NCBI GenBank assembly: GCA_963762115.1
Contig: CAVXJH010000003.1
Location: forward strand, 32,001 to 96,000
DNA: 64,000 bases
Reading direction: 5' to 3'
From: Candidatus Babeliales bacterium
Lineage (GTDB): Bacteria; Babelota; Babeliae; Babelales; JANWKD01
Positions 31,393-40,635 of this stretch are shown in pieces. Both the position numbers and the translations under genes were made by a program. Numbering within the stretch: position 1 is the stretch's first letter; the number at the start of each line of letters is the position of its first letter. The notes beneath the pieces are model-generated. The model made no database searches. It had not been told where the DNA came from and saw nothing but the letters and a program-made list of their open reading frames with translations.

Positions 31393-31671
31393 ATGAATAA
31401 GAGTGAGTTGATAAATTCGCTCAGTGAAGAAACAACTTTTGCAAAAAAAGATGTTTCAAGAGTGTTGGATAGTTTTGCAAGAATTGTTCAACGCACATTG
31501 AAAAAAGGCGATAAATTACAATTAGCGGGATTTGGTACCTTTTGGGTGTCAAGAAGACCTGCTCGTAAAGGTATAAATCCAGCAACCAAGGAACGTATTA
31601 ATCTTCCTGCGATTAACGTACCTAGGTTTAAACCTGGAAAAAATCTTAAAGAGGTTGTTAGATCAGTTTAG
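31393..31671 (+). CDS. hup: HU family DNA-binding protein
   Basis: MNKSELI, GFGTF, ARKGINPAT, PRFKPGKNLK. Confidence 0.96.
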   Translation: MNKSELINSLSEETTFAKKDVSRVLDSFARIVQRTLKKGDKLQLAGFGTFWVSRRPARKGINPATKERINLPAINVPRFKPGKNLKEVVRSV

Positions 31672-31709
31672 TGGTATTTTTGACTACGAAACAAAGCTAT
31701 TGCCTGTAC

Positions 31710-31740
31710 AAGGACCGTTTATCGGTCCTTATTTCTTTTC
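31710..31740 (+). terminator. Intrinsic terminator after HU
   Basis: AAGGACCG-TTTAT-CGGTCCTT followed by a T-rich tail. Confidence 0.7.
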
Positions 31741-31848
31741 AAAGCAGTTTTTTTTAGGTATTCTTTTCTTTAATGAACTATTTCTATTTTAGTAAGTTCA
31801 TGAGAAAATAGTTTTTTCTTATAAATCTAAGTAATTTTTGAAAAAATA

Positions 31849-31957
31849 AATGTCATTGCGAGCGTAGCGTGGCAACCCAGATAATAAAGTTAATTCATCA
31901 TATGGAATTTATTAAATTTCTGGATCCCCACGTCACTGCGTTCCTCGGGAAGACATT
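31849..31957. repeat. RPE-like palindromic repeat (non-autonomous element)
   Basis: TGTCATTGCGAG..CGTGGCAACCCAG - AT-rich spacer - CTGG..CCACG..CTCG..GACA; same arms at 50461..50582. Confidence 0.85.
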
Positions 31958-31976
31958 CAGGAAGGCTACTGTACAA

Positions 31977-33209
31977 ATGATAGATTTGAATTTTTTACGT
32001 GAAAATCCTAATGTCTTTAAAGAACTAATACATAAAAAAGAACCTGCTTTTGATGTTGATTCATTAATTAAATTTGATCAAGAATTGCGTTCGCTTACCC
32101 TGGAAATTGAAACATTACGTCATAAAAAAAATGAACTTGCTCAACAAGGAAAATCGGGTATTACTGAGGCTCTTAGATCTGAGGCAATTGCTCTTTCTGC
32201 TACGTTAAAAAATCGTGAAGAGCAGCTTGAAATTAAACAAAAAAATTTCCAGACGCTTTATTTAAGTTGTCCCAATATACCTTTGCCAGAATTACCCGAA
32301 GGTGGTAAAGAGGCAAATCAAGTTGTTAAAGAATTTGGTGAAAAGCCAACATTTACTTTTCCTATTAAAAATCATTTGGAATTGGGTACTGCATTAGGGT
32401 GGTTTGATTTTCAGACTGCGGCAACGATGACCGGTACCAATTTTGTTTTTTATAAAGATGAAGCAGTAAAATTAATATATGCTCTTAAGATGTTTATGCT
32501 TAAACATAATGCGGCGCACGGTTATTCCTACATTTTACCGCCCTATTTAGTGAATGAAAAAAGTTTGGAGATTGCGAGTAATTTTCCAAAGTTTAAAGAC
32601 GATGTGTATGCAACCAATGATAATTTATATTTAATTCCGACAGCAGAAGTTAATTTAGCAAATATGTATCGTGATAGAATTTTTTCGCTTGAAGAATTAC
32701 CCATTCGCATGACAGCGGCAACAAGTTGTTTCAGAAGAGAAGCAGGTGGTTATGGTGCTAATGAACGTGGCTTGCTGCGCATTCATCAATTTGAAAAAGT
32801 TGAGTTATTTACCTATTGTTTACCGGATGAATCTGAGAGTGAATTAAATCGTATGGTAAGTTGCGCAGAAGGAATTTTGCGTGCATTGGGTCTTCATTAT
32901 CGTGTAACATTATTAGCTGCACAAGATTGTTCATTTCCCTCGGCAAAGACCTATGATATTGAAGTGTGGCTTCCAGGACAAAATCGTTATATGGAAGTTT
33001 CTTCATGCAGTATGTGTACAACGTTCCAAGCCCGTCGTGGTGGAATGCGTTATCGCTCATCTGCTGCAAGCAAAACCAACTATGTGCACACGTTGAATGG
33101 TTCTTCACTTGCGCAACCTCGTCTCATTGCCGCGCTTATGGAAACATATCAACAGCTTGATGGATCGATTGAATTACCAAAAATATTGAAAGAATATGGT
33201 CTCTATTAA
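31977..33209 (+). CDS. serS: Serine--tRNA ligase
   Basis: MIDL start, LIPTAEV, CFRREAG, HQFEKVE, HTLNGS. Confidence 0.97.
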   Translation: MIDLNFLRENPNVFKELIHKKEPAFDVDSLIKFDQELRSLTLEIETLRHKKNELAQQGKSGITEALRSEAIALSATLKNREEQLEIKQKNFQTLYLSCPNIPLPELPEGGKEANQVVKEFGEKPTFTFPIKNHLELGTALGWFDFQTAATMTGTNFVFYKDEAVKLIYALKMFMLKHNAAHGYSYILPPYLVNEKSLEIASNFPKFKDDVYATNDNLYLIPTAEVNLANMYRDRIFSLEELPIRMTAATSCFRREAGGYGANERGLLRIHQFEKVELFTYCLPDESESELNRMVSCAEGILRALGLHYRVTLLAAQDCSFPSAKTYDIEVWLPGQNRYMEVSSCSMCTTFQARRGGMRYRSSAASKTNYVHTLNGSSLAQPRLIAALMETYQQLDGSIELPKILKEYGLY

Positions 33210-33225
33210 TGCTAAGACTGGTACT

Positions 33226-34092
33226 ATGATTTCAAAAGAAATTCAAAAAAAGATAAAACTGTTGCAATTGCATACAAAACGCATTATGAATAGTTTTTTT
33301 GTAGGTGATTACCGTTCAAAGCAAAAAGGCTATGGTATGGATTTCGATCAAATTCGTGATTATCACGTTGGTGATGATGTTAGATTTATTGATTGGAAAA
33401 GTAGTGCTCGCATGAACAAAATGTTAGTTAAACAATATATTCATGAGCATTCAAAAACAATTATGTTGATGGTTGATGTTTCTGCATCAAGTTTGTTTGG
33501 TTCAACAGAACAAATAAAACGTGAAACTATTGCACAAGTCGCCACAATTCTTTCTTTGGCCGCACAACATGATAAAGCACGAATCGGATTAATTCTGTTT
33601 TCAGAAGAAATTGAATATTATTTGCCCCCAAAAACTGGTACTCAGCATACTCAAGTGGTAATAGATACTTTATGGAATTTTAAGCCTTTAAAAAAAGGAA
33701 CTGATATTAATAAGGCATGCGCATTTTTGAGTAAAATTATTCGATCTGATGCTTTAGTATGTATACTATCAGATTTTATTGGTACTTATGATCAAGTTGC
33801 ATTGACCTGCGTTGCAAAAAAATTTGATACGGTCATTATTCGTTGTTGCGATAGATATGAGAAAAAATTGCCCACAATTGGCTTTTTAAATCTAATTGAT
33901 AGCGAGACGGGACAAAAAATAATTGTTGATGTTCGTTCAAAAAGTAGTAATGGCTATGAGAAACTTTTTCAAGATCGAATAACGCAGCAAAATAATGACT
34001 TTAAAAAAAATGGTATTGATTATATTGATATTGATAATAACGATCAATATGTAGATTCACTTATTTTGTTTTTTGTACGTCGTTTACACTAG
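33226..34092 (+). CDS. DUF58 (vWA-like, MoxR-associated) protein
   Basis: GMDFDQIRDYHVGDDVRFIDWKSSAR, VDVSASS, ILSDF. Confidence 0.92.
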   Translation: MISKEIQKKIKLLQLHTKRIMNSFFVGDYRSKQKGYGMDFDQIRDYHVGDDVRFIDWKSSARMNKMLVKQYIHEHSKTIMLMVDVSASSLFGSTEQIKRETIAQVATILSLAAQHDKARIGLILFSEEIEYYLPPKTGTQHTQVVIDTLWNFKPLKKGTDINKACAFLSKIIRSDALVCILSDFIGTYDQVALTCVAKKFDTVIIRCCDRYEKKLPTIGFLNLIDSETGQKIIVDVRSKSSNGYEKLFQDRITQQNNDFKKNGIDYIDIDNNDQYVDSLILFFVRRLH

Positions 34093-34105
34093 TAAGGTCG
34101 TTAGT

Positions 34106-34606
34106 ATGGATTCTATTGAAATATATGATATTTACGATATGTGGTACACACCATCTTGGTGGGAGAAAAAAGCCACGTTGCTTGTTATTGCTCTTATTTT
34201 TTGTGGATTGTGTTTGTTGTTTTTATATTATTTCTTAAAAAAAAGAAATGCACAAAAAAAAGAAACTGCTGCACAAAAGGCATTGCAGCGGATTGCGTTT
34301 TTGGAAAAGCAAAAAAATACTCTTTCGCATCAAGTTTTGTATGCGATGCTCACTACCCTTATAAAAGAATTTCTTTGTCATCACTATGGCAAACAGTTTG
34401 CCACTCAAACTGATAATGAGCTTCTTACTTCTCTTTCTTATAAGGGCGAAGAATTGCCAGAAGGCGTTATGCAAGACATAATTTTCATCTTTAAGGGAGT
34501 AGAAATGATTAAATTTGCAAATCAGCAGGCCCTTATAACAAAACGTGATGAAGATTTAATGCGTAGCAAGCATATCATTGAAAAAATAAATTTTAAAATT
34601 CTTTAA
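34106..34606 (+). CDS. Single-pass membrane protein (DUF4381-like, typical neighbour of DUF58)
   Basis: DIYD..P.WW then TM helix; ALQRI..TDNELL..IKFA. Confidence 0.7.
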   Translation: MDSIEIYDIYDMWYTPSWWEKKATLLVIALIFCGLCLLFLYYFLKKRNAQKKETAAQKALQRIAFLEKQKNTLSHQVLYAMLTTLIKEFLCHHYGKQFATQTDNELLTSLSYKGEELPEGVMQDIIFIFKGVEMIKFANQQALITKRDEDLMRSKHIIEKINFKIL

Positions 34607-34863
34607 ATGTCGATTCAGTCGATTTAAAGAAGTGTTTTACATGCCCGGGGCTCTTGACAGCCCTGTTACACTAAATACACAGTTTATTTTTCTTAATGCA
34701 AAATAAATAAAAAGTATTTTCAGAACTATGTTTTTTGATAGAAAGCGCTTAAGGGGGAGACGGGGGGAAAAAATAAAGACTATCAAAGGTTGTTTTAATG
34801 GAAAAGAGCAAAAATATACAATTTCTTATATGATTATTTTTTTAAAGATTTAAGGGAACAATA

Positions 34864-35322
34864 ATGTCAAAACATGTAGGTGTAAAACTTCCGGATGATT
34901 TAATTGCGGTTTTAAAAAAAGCCCCTGTAGGTATTTTGGCAACCTTTTCTGAAAAGGGATTGCCACATACAACGCCGATTCATTGCGTATACCCAAAAGG
35001 ATTGGAAAGTATTTTAATTTCAATACACAAAGAGCATACAGGATACCATAATATGGTATGGCAAAAAAAAGTTATGCTTTGTTTCTTGGAAGAAAATAAT
35101 GTTGCTTATAGTGTTTTGGGCCGTGCCGGTGTTGTAAGAGCGCCTTCGCTTGTTCACCCATTGATGAATGTTGTGCGCATTGATATTATCGACATTAAAA
35201 GTGATAGATCAATTTTAACTCGTGTAGATAAAGGTGTGCAGTGGAGCTATGCATCAAGCGAAGCGGAAGAGCTCTCAAAAAATCTCTTAAGTGAATTAAA
35301 GGAATTGGCAAGGACTCTTTAG
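34864..35322 (+). CDS. Pyridoxamine 5'-phosphate oxidase-like FMN-binding protein
   Basis: ILATFSEKGLPHTTPI split-barrel motif. Confidence 0.78.
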   Translation: MSKHVGVKLPDDLIAVLKKAPVGILATFSEKGLPHTTPIHCVYPKGLESILISIHKEHTGYHNMVWQKKVMLCFLEENNVAYSVLGRAGVVRAPSLVHPLMNVVRIDIIDIKSDRSILTRVDKGVQWSYASSEAEELSKNLLSELKELARTL

Positions 35323-35341
35323 CCTTTTTTAAAAAATAAGG

Positions 35342-36814
35342 ATGTATCAAATGAATCAATTTATGAAATTTAGTGTACTAGTCCCTCTGTTTTTTGCTTC
35401 TAGCGTAGGTGCGCAAGACGCAACAGTAAAAATTAACGCAGAAGTCCCAGCAGTAGGTCAACCTACTCCTGGGCCGGTTACAAAACCAGTTGAAGAAGAG
35501 AAAAAAGTTGATCAGGCAACGGTTACGAAGGTCCAAGAAGACAACAAAGCCGAAGCGAAAAAAAAGGTTGATCAAGGTAATGATGCTGCGCAAAAGGTAG
35601 ATCAAACAAAAGAAGAAGCTAAGAAATCCGAAGAAGCTAAAAAGTCTGAAGAAGCTAAAAAATTAGAAGAAGAAAAAAAGAAATCTGAGGAAGAGAAAAA
35701 ATCTGTAGAACAGAAAAAAATTGCTCAAGAAAAAGCAGAATCTGATAAACAAGCTTTGGCAAAACAAGATACAGAAAAAAAAGTTATTTCAGAGCAGCAA
35801 GAAAAAAAAGTTATTGTTGCAAAACAAAAGATACAAGGTGAAGGCATTGATACTTTAGAATTAGAAGGTGGCAATTGGCTTTTAAAACGACAAGCCCTTG
35901 AAAAGACGGTAGATATTATTGAACAAATAAATGGTTATTTTACTAAAGTTTTAGAAGCAAGAATCGATTTTTTGGTTAAGCGTAATAAAATAGATCGTGA
36001 TTTTGACGCTTTTATTAATAAAATTGGTTTTGAGATGGGTGATTTATCAAGATTGCTCAATAATTTGACCGAAGAACTTGAAACTGAACGAAAAGCTATC
36101 GGAGATTTAACAGAGGAAGAACGATCGGCTTTAACAGAGTTAGATGCAAAAATAAAAGAAATTAAGCAATTGCAAGAAGAGACAATAAAAGCAACAGATC
36201 TAGCAAATTCTCTTGATGATGTCATTATGCAAGTTGAACAAGAAGTTACTATTGCCAATACCTATCAGGCAAATGCTTGGAAAAACTTTCAAGCCATCAA
36301 AAAAGTGCTTAATGATGAAAAAGCTGAAGAATTATATCTTGAAACCCAAGGCCTGCTAAAAAACATACAAGCTGTTGACGCTTATTTAAAAGAAAAATTG
36401 CAAGATTATTTCAATGGTATTATTCGTAATATAAAGCAGGAAATGTCTAAAATTGAAAGTTCAATGCAAGCGTTAGCAGATAAAGGTGTTAATTTTAAAG
36501 AAGAAGTTGAACGGTTCTTAGATGCTGATAAAAAAAGAGTTGAAAAAAACACGGTGAAAAATGTTGAAGAAGATAAAAGTGTTGAAGCATTGAAAAAAAC
36601 AAAAAAAGCATTAGAAAAAAAAGCGACCCAAAAAGCAGGATGGCTTGATTGGTTTATTGGTCTTTGGGATTATCCAATGAGTTTTTTCAGTAGTATTTGG
36701 CAATACAGCATGAGTTTTTTTGGTGAAAAAACTGATACTCTTGTTGCTAAACGAGCAAGCGTGAAGAAAATTGAAGATAAAACTTCAACGCCAAAACCAG
36801 TTGCAGTGAACTAA
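35342..36814 (+). CDS. Secreted long coiled-coil protein with charged tandem repeats
   Basis: Signal peptide; EEAKKS repeats; coiled coil; aromatic C-terminal segment. Confidence 0.8.
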   Translation: MYQMNQFMKFSVLVPLFFASSVGAQDATVKINAEVPAVGQPTPGPVTKPVEEEKKVDQATVTKVQEDNKAEAKKKVDQGNDAAQKVDQTKEEAKKSEEAKKSEEAKKLEEEKKKSEEEKKSVEQKKIAQEKAESDKQALAKQDTEKKVISEQQEKKVIVAKQKIQGEGIDTLELEGGNWLLKRQALEKTVDIIEQINGYFTKVLEARIDFLVKRNKIDRDFDAFINKIGFEMGDLSRLLNNLTEELETERKAIGDLTEEERSALTELDAKIKEIKQLQEETIKATDLANSLDDVIMQVEQEVTIANTYQANAWKNFQAIKKVLNDEKAEELYLETQGLLKNIQAVDAYLKEKLQDYFNGIIRNIKQEMSKIESSMQALADKGVNFKEEVERFLDADKKRVEKNTVKNVEEDKSVEALKKTKKALEKKATQKAGWLDWFIGLWDYPMSFFSSIWQYSMSFFGEKTDTLVAKRASVKKIEDKTSTPKPVAVN

Positions 36815-36884
36815 AGTTTGATAATCTCTTTCAAATGCAGTACATTAAGAGCATTAAAATTTTTTGCAATAGAGATAGAAAGCA

Positions 36885-36971
36885 GCGGAAGTGGTGAAAT
36901 TGGCAGACACGCAGCTTTGAGGGGGCTGTGGGAGAAATCCTGTAGGGGTTCGAGTCCCCTCTTCCGCACCA
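36885..36971 (+). tRNA. tRNA-Leu(GAG)
   Basis: Acceptor GCGGAAG/CTTCCGC, loop TTGAGGG, long variable arm, CCA. Confidence 0.96.
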
Positions 36972-37094
36972 GCTTTCGCCAAGGCTTCAGCTGGCAGGCC
37001 ATTTTTTTTAAATGACTTATGATAAGAAAATGTCTGCGAAAGCTGTCCGCCGTAGCTTGCCAAGCTGGTAAGCGTGGATAAGCGAAGGCTGGAC
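36972..37094. repeat. Complete tRNA-3'-associated structured element (copy after Leu)
   Basis: Two GC-rich arms separated by an AT spacer; homologous to 38867..38990. Confidence 0.92.
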
Positions 37095-37183
37095 TATTTT
37101 GCCAACGCTTCGTATTGTAGGTCTGAATTGAAAATTGAAATAAGAGTAGAATTGATTCAAGCATTGTTAGAAGGAAATATCGT

Positions 37184-38764
37184 ATGAATTCATCTTTGCG
37201 TACGTTTTTGCGTTCAAGTTTTATTATGTGGGTTGCATTATTTGTTGCAGGTTTTTTCTATTTGTTTACCTTTGAAGGATTTGTTCCTCATTTACGTAAA
37301 GATCGCATTAAATTTGGTATAGATCTTGTGGGTGGAACTTATATTACTTTGGGTGTTCAAGTTGATAAAGCTCTTGAGATCGATTTGAATGACAAAATTA
37401 TTTTATTAAACAAAAGTCTTTTAAAAGAAAATTTGGCTATACCTTTGTCACATTCAATTACCGGTAACAATGCTTCGTTAACGTTTGAAAGTTATGAACA
37501 AGCAAAAGCTGCAGAAGAAATTTTAAAAAGAGAACAAGAAATAGTTTCATCAGTTGATGGCACAAAGCTTTCAATGCACTTTAGAGATTCTTATGCAAAT
37601 AAGCTTCGTGATGCAGCTGTTGCAGGAAATATCGAAGTGTTAAGAACACGTTTGGATGGTTTGGGTGTTGGTGAAATTCCTATTGCCGCACAAGGTGAAA
37701 AAAGTATCATTATTGAATTGCCAAATGTTGATGATCCTCAAAAAGCGAAAGCAATGATAGGAAAACCAGCGTTATTAGAAATTAAATTGATTGAGCGTAT
37801 TGGCAGCAGTCCTGAAGAAGTTTTAGATGCTTACGACGGAGAATTACCTGATGGTATGATTATTATTCCTGGTAAATCGCGTAGCTTAGAGGGTGCAAAG
37901 AGATATTATCTAGTGCCAGCATTTACTGATTTAACAGGTCGTTTACTCAAAAATTCCTACGCAGGTTTTGGTGGAACGATGAATTCAGAGCCTGTTGTTC
38001 ATTTTGAATTTAATCCAGAGGGTGGTCAAAAGTTTAATGAACTAACGCGTAAAAACTATAATCGTCAACTTGCGGTGATTATTGATGGTGTTGTTATTTC
38101 TGATCCTCGTGTCAATGAGCCAATTGGTGCACAAGGTATTATTCATGGTAACTTTACTTTAGAAACCGCTTCTGAACTTGCTTCAATGTTGAAATCGGGA
38201 GCTTTTGTGGCGCCGGTTACTTTTGAAGAAGAACGTCAGATTGGTCCATCTTTAGGACAAGAATCAATTCGTCAAGGGTTACTTGCTTGTTTGGTTGGAT
38301 TGCTTTTATTATTTGTCTTTAGCGTGATCATGTATAAGCTTGCCGGTGTTTTTGCTGTCATGGCATTGGTGTTTAACTTGTTGCTCATTTTGATTGTTCT
38401 TGGCGCTTTGCAAGCAACATTAACCTTACCGGGTATTGCTGGTATGGTGTTAACGATTGGTATGGCAATTGATGCTTCGATCTTAATATTTGAAAAAATG
38501 CGCGAAGAATTAGCTACAGGAATGCCACTTGGGAAATCTATAAATTCTAGTTTTTCTGATGCAATGGAAGTAATTTTAGATTCCAACATTACAACATTTA
38601 TTGTTGGTATTGTGTTATATAAATTTGGTGCAGGTCCAATTCAAGGTTTTGCGTTGACATTGATGGTTGGTATTGTTGCAACATTAATTAGTGGATTGTT
38701 TTTTTTACGTTCCATTTTTTCCTTTTATGTGTATACTTTAGGTATGCAAAAGTTAAAAATTTAG
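37184..38764 (+). CDS. secD: Protein translocase subunit SecD
   Basis: FGIDLVGG, LRTRLDGLGVGE, IGPSLG, LTLPGIAG..GMAIDASILIFEK. Confidence 0.96.
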   Translation: MNSSLRTFLRSSFIMWVALFVAGFFYLFTFEGFVPHLRKDRIKFGIDLVGGTYITLGVQVDKALEIDLNDKIILLNKSLLKENLAIPLSHSITGNNASLTFESYEQAKAAEEILKREQEIVSSVDGTKLSMHFRDSYANKLRDAAVAGNIEVLRTRLDGLGVGEIPIAAQGEKSIIIELPNVDDPQKAKAMIGKPALLEIKLIERIGSSPEEVLDAYDGELPDGMIIIPGKSRSLEGAKRYYLVPAFTDLTGRLLKNSYAGFGGTMNSEPVVHFEFNPEGGQKFNELTRKNYNRQLAVIIDGVVISDPRVNEPIGAQGIIHGNFTLETASELASMLKSGAFVAPVTFEEERQIGPSLGQESIRQGLLACLVGLLLLFVFSVIMYKLAGVFAVMALVFNLLLILIVLGALQATLTLPGIAGMVLTIGMAIDASILIFEKMREELATGMPLGKSINSSFSDAMEVILDSNITTFIVGIVLYKFGAGPIQGFALTLMVGIVATLISGLFFLRSIFSFYVYTLGMQKLKI

Positions 38765-38789
38765 GTAAACTTTCTTTAATAGAGATAAA

Positions 38790-38866
38790 GGCGACGTAGC
38801 TCAGCTGGTTAGAGCGGCGGAATCATAATCCGTAGGTCCGGGGTTCGAGTCCCTGCGTCGCCACCA
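38790..38866 (+). tRNA. tRNA-Met(CAT), elongator type
   Basis: Acceptor GGCGACG/CGTCGCC (paired first position), anticodon CAT, CCA. Confidence 0.9.
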
Positions 38867-38990
38867 ACCTACGCCAAGGCTTCGGCTGGCAGGCCAATTC
38901 TTTAAATGAATTTGTTATAACTAGAAAATTGACGTAGGTTGTCCGCCGTAGTTTGCCAAGCCGGAAGGCATGGATAAACGAAGGCTGGAC
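38867..38990. repeat. Complete tRNA-3'-associated structured element (copy after Met)
   Basis: Homologous to 36972..37094 with compensatory substitutions. Confidence 0.92.
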
Positions 38991-39032
38991 CGGCTAGCGC
39001 CATATTTCGCAATCTTTAATAGAAAAAGAAGC

Positions 39033-39596
39033 ATGAAGATTCACGATTTCAATATTCCAACATATCTTACCTTATTCCGTTTAGTGGTTTCTCCTTTATG
39101 TTTACCATTTCTGTTGATGTATGTTTTACCGTACAATAATATATACACAACGTATTGCGTTGCTTTATTTTTTGTTTTCTTAAGTTTTACTGATTTTCTT
39201 GATGGTTATTTAGCACGTAAATATCATCAAGAAACAGTTCTTGGGCGTGCTCTTGATCCTATTGCGGATAAATTTCTTCTTTTTTCAGCGTTAATTACTT
39301 TAGTTGCTACTCATAAAATTTATTTTTATTGGGCGATTATTTTTATTGGACGTGAATTTTTTATTATGGGATTACGCATTGTAGCATTAGAGAATGCTCT
39401 TAATGTGCATGTTTCTTGGTTGGGTAAATTAAAAACAATTGCGCAGATTATATATATAACGATGGTCATTCTTGATTCATCATATAGTTCACTTGCCTTA
39501 AGTGCAGCATTATTTCTATCACTTATTTCTGCTTATTTTTATTATGAATCTTTTATGAAACAATTTGCGCAGAAAAAATTTCATTCTGTTAGTTGA
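39033..39596 (+). CDS. pgsA: CDP-diacylglycerol--glycerol-3-phosphate 3-phosphatidyltransferase
   Basis: NIPTYLTLFR, TDFLDGYLARK..LGRALDPIADK, GKLKT. Confidence 0.94.
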   Translation: MKIHDFNIPTYLTLFRLVVSPLCLPFLLMYVLPYNNIYTTYCVALFFVFLSFTDFLDGYLARKYHQETVLGRALDPIADKFLLFSALITLVATHKIYFYWAIIFIGREFFIMGLRIVALENALNVHVSWLGKLKTIAQIIYITMVILDSSYSSLALSAALFLSLISAYFYYESFMKQFAQKKFHSVS

Positions 39597-39611
39597 AATT
39601 TTTTCTGCGCA
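39566..39611. terminator. Long hairpin terminator overlapping the pgsA stop
   Basis: Perfect 18-bp stem TGCGCAGAAAAAATTTCA/TGAAATTTTTTCTGCGCA followed by a T tract. Confidence 0.8.
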
Positions 39612-39617
39612 TTTTTT

Positions 39618-40103
39618 TTATTTTGTTTTTAATTCTTGTTCTTTTATGCCAAAACAATCATGTAATTTTTTCCAGATCGTTGTATATTCATTTTTCATTA
39701 TGCGACTTGCAAATAAATCGCATTGATGCTTAAATCCAAAGCTGCCAGCAGTTATACCTGCTAAGCTCGTTGCCACAAGAATAGGATCAGTTGTTGCTGC
39801 CAATAATGCAGTTGAAGCTGGGAGCATCCACCAAGCTGTTTTTCTAAAAGAGCTATTTTCAGTGGTTTTTATTATAGCATCATTTTGTTTTATTTTTGTT
39901 TGTACAGGTTCTAAGGCTTGTTTTTTTTCATTTTTAGTGAATAATTTACATAATGAGACGTGGCTGTACCGTTTTGTTAGATCAAAAAATGTGGCATAAT
40001 TTTGTGATTCAAGAAGTGGCATGAGTCGTTGTTTGAAGCTTTTCATACCAAAAGCTTGGTGCGTGCCGGCTAAAAGTAATAAGAGTATACATAGTTTTTT
40101 CAT
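39618..40103 (-). CDS. Secreted/membrane hypothetical protein, paralog A
   Basis: Signal ..AFG-MK; LPASTALL.TTDP hydrophobic hairpin; ends KEQELKTK. Confidence 0.8.
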   Translation of the reverse strand: MKKLCILLLLLAGTHQAFGMKSFKQRLMPLLESQNYATFFDLTKRYSHVSLCKLFTKNEKKQALEPVQTKIKQNDAIIKTTENSSFRKTAWWMLPASTALLAATTDPILVATSLAGITAGSFGFKHQCDLFASRIMKNEYTTIWKKLHDCFGIKEQELKTK

Positions 40104-40116
40104 GGTTTTTTCTCAA

Positions 40117-40635
40117 TTATTTTGTTTTTAATTCTTGTTCTTTTTTCTCTTCTTTGCTGCAGAATATTTCGTTAAACTTTTCAGCGTGTTTAACTAATGA
40201 TTTGTACTTCATTTTATTTATCCAATAATCACAATGCTTTTTTAAGCCAAGACTACCAAGTGTTAATCCTGTTACTCCTAGACCCAAAAGCACTGGATCT
40301 TGCGTTGTTGTTAAAAGTGCGGTTGAAGCAGGCAGTATTAAACCAAAATTTTCTCTGAGTGGGTTTAACATGTCTTTAGTTATTTCTTCATTTGTTGTAT
40401 ATATTTCTGATTCTAGTTGTTGACCGAATATAGTTATTTCTTTGGAATTAAATAAATTTTTTCCTATGTCTTTGCATGATTCTGCTAAAGTAAGTGCTTC
40501 ACCATAGTTTTTTCTTGTAAAAAACTTAGTGAACATTGCTTTGGCAGGATTTATAGGAAAGCGTAAGGCACGCTTCATGCCAAAAGTTTGTTGTGAACCA
40601 ACTAAAAGTAATAAGAGTATAAAAATTTTCTTCAT
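40117..40635 (-). CDS. Secreted/membrane hypothetical protein, paralog B
   Basis: GGAGG SD before ATG 40635; signal ..TFG-MK; same motifs as paralog A. Confidence 0.8.
   Translation of the reverse strand: MKKIFILLLLLVGSQQTFGMKRALRFPINPAKAMFTKFFTRKNYGEALTLAESCKDIGKNLFNSKEITIFGQQLESEIYTTNEEITKDMLNPLRENFGLILPASTALLTTTQDPVLLGLGVTGLTLGSLGLKKHCDYWINKMKYKSLVKHAEKFNEIFCSKEEKKEQELKTK

Noticed and set aside
31869..31976. N-terminal extension of SerS in the ORF track
   Set aside because: Comes from the palindromic repeat; the typical SerS start MIDL is at 31977
34607..34863. Possible ncRNA or riboswitch in the intergenic region with G-rich runs and a small GGGCT/AGCCC hairpin around TTGACA
   Set aside because: No recognisable family motif or second copy; cannot be supported without a covariance search
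36811..37164. Short ORFs 36811..37164, 36818..37015, 36854..37063 (and 12372..12584)
   Set aside because: They overlap tRNA genes and the repeat element; shared peptide text (FRQGFSWQAIF) is just the translated repeat
38970..39032. N-terminal extension of PgsA
   Set aside because: The ATG lies within the tRNA-associated element; family similarity starts near 39033
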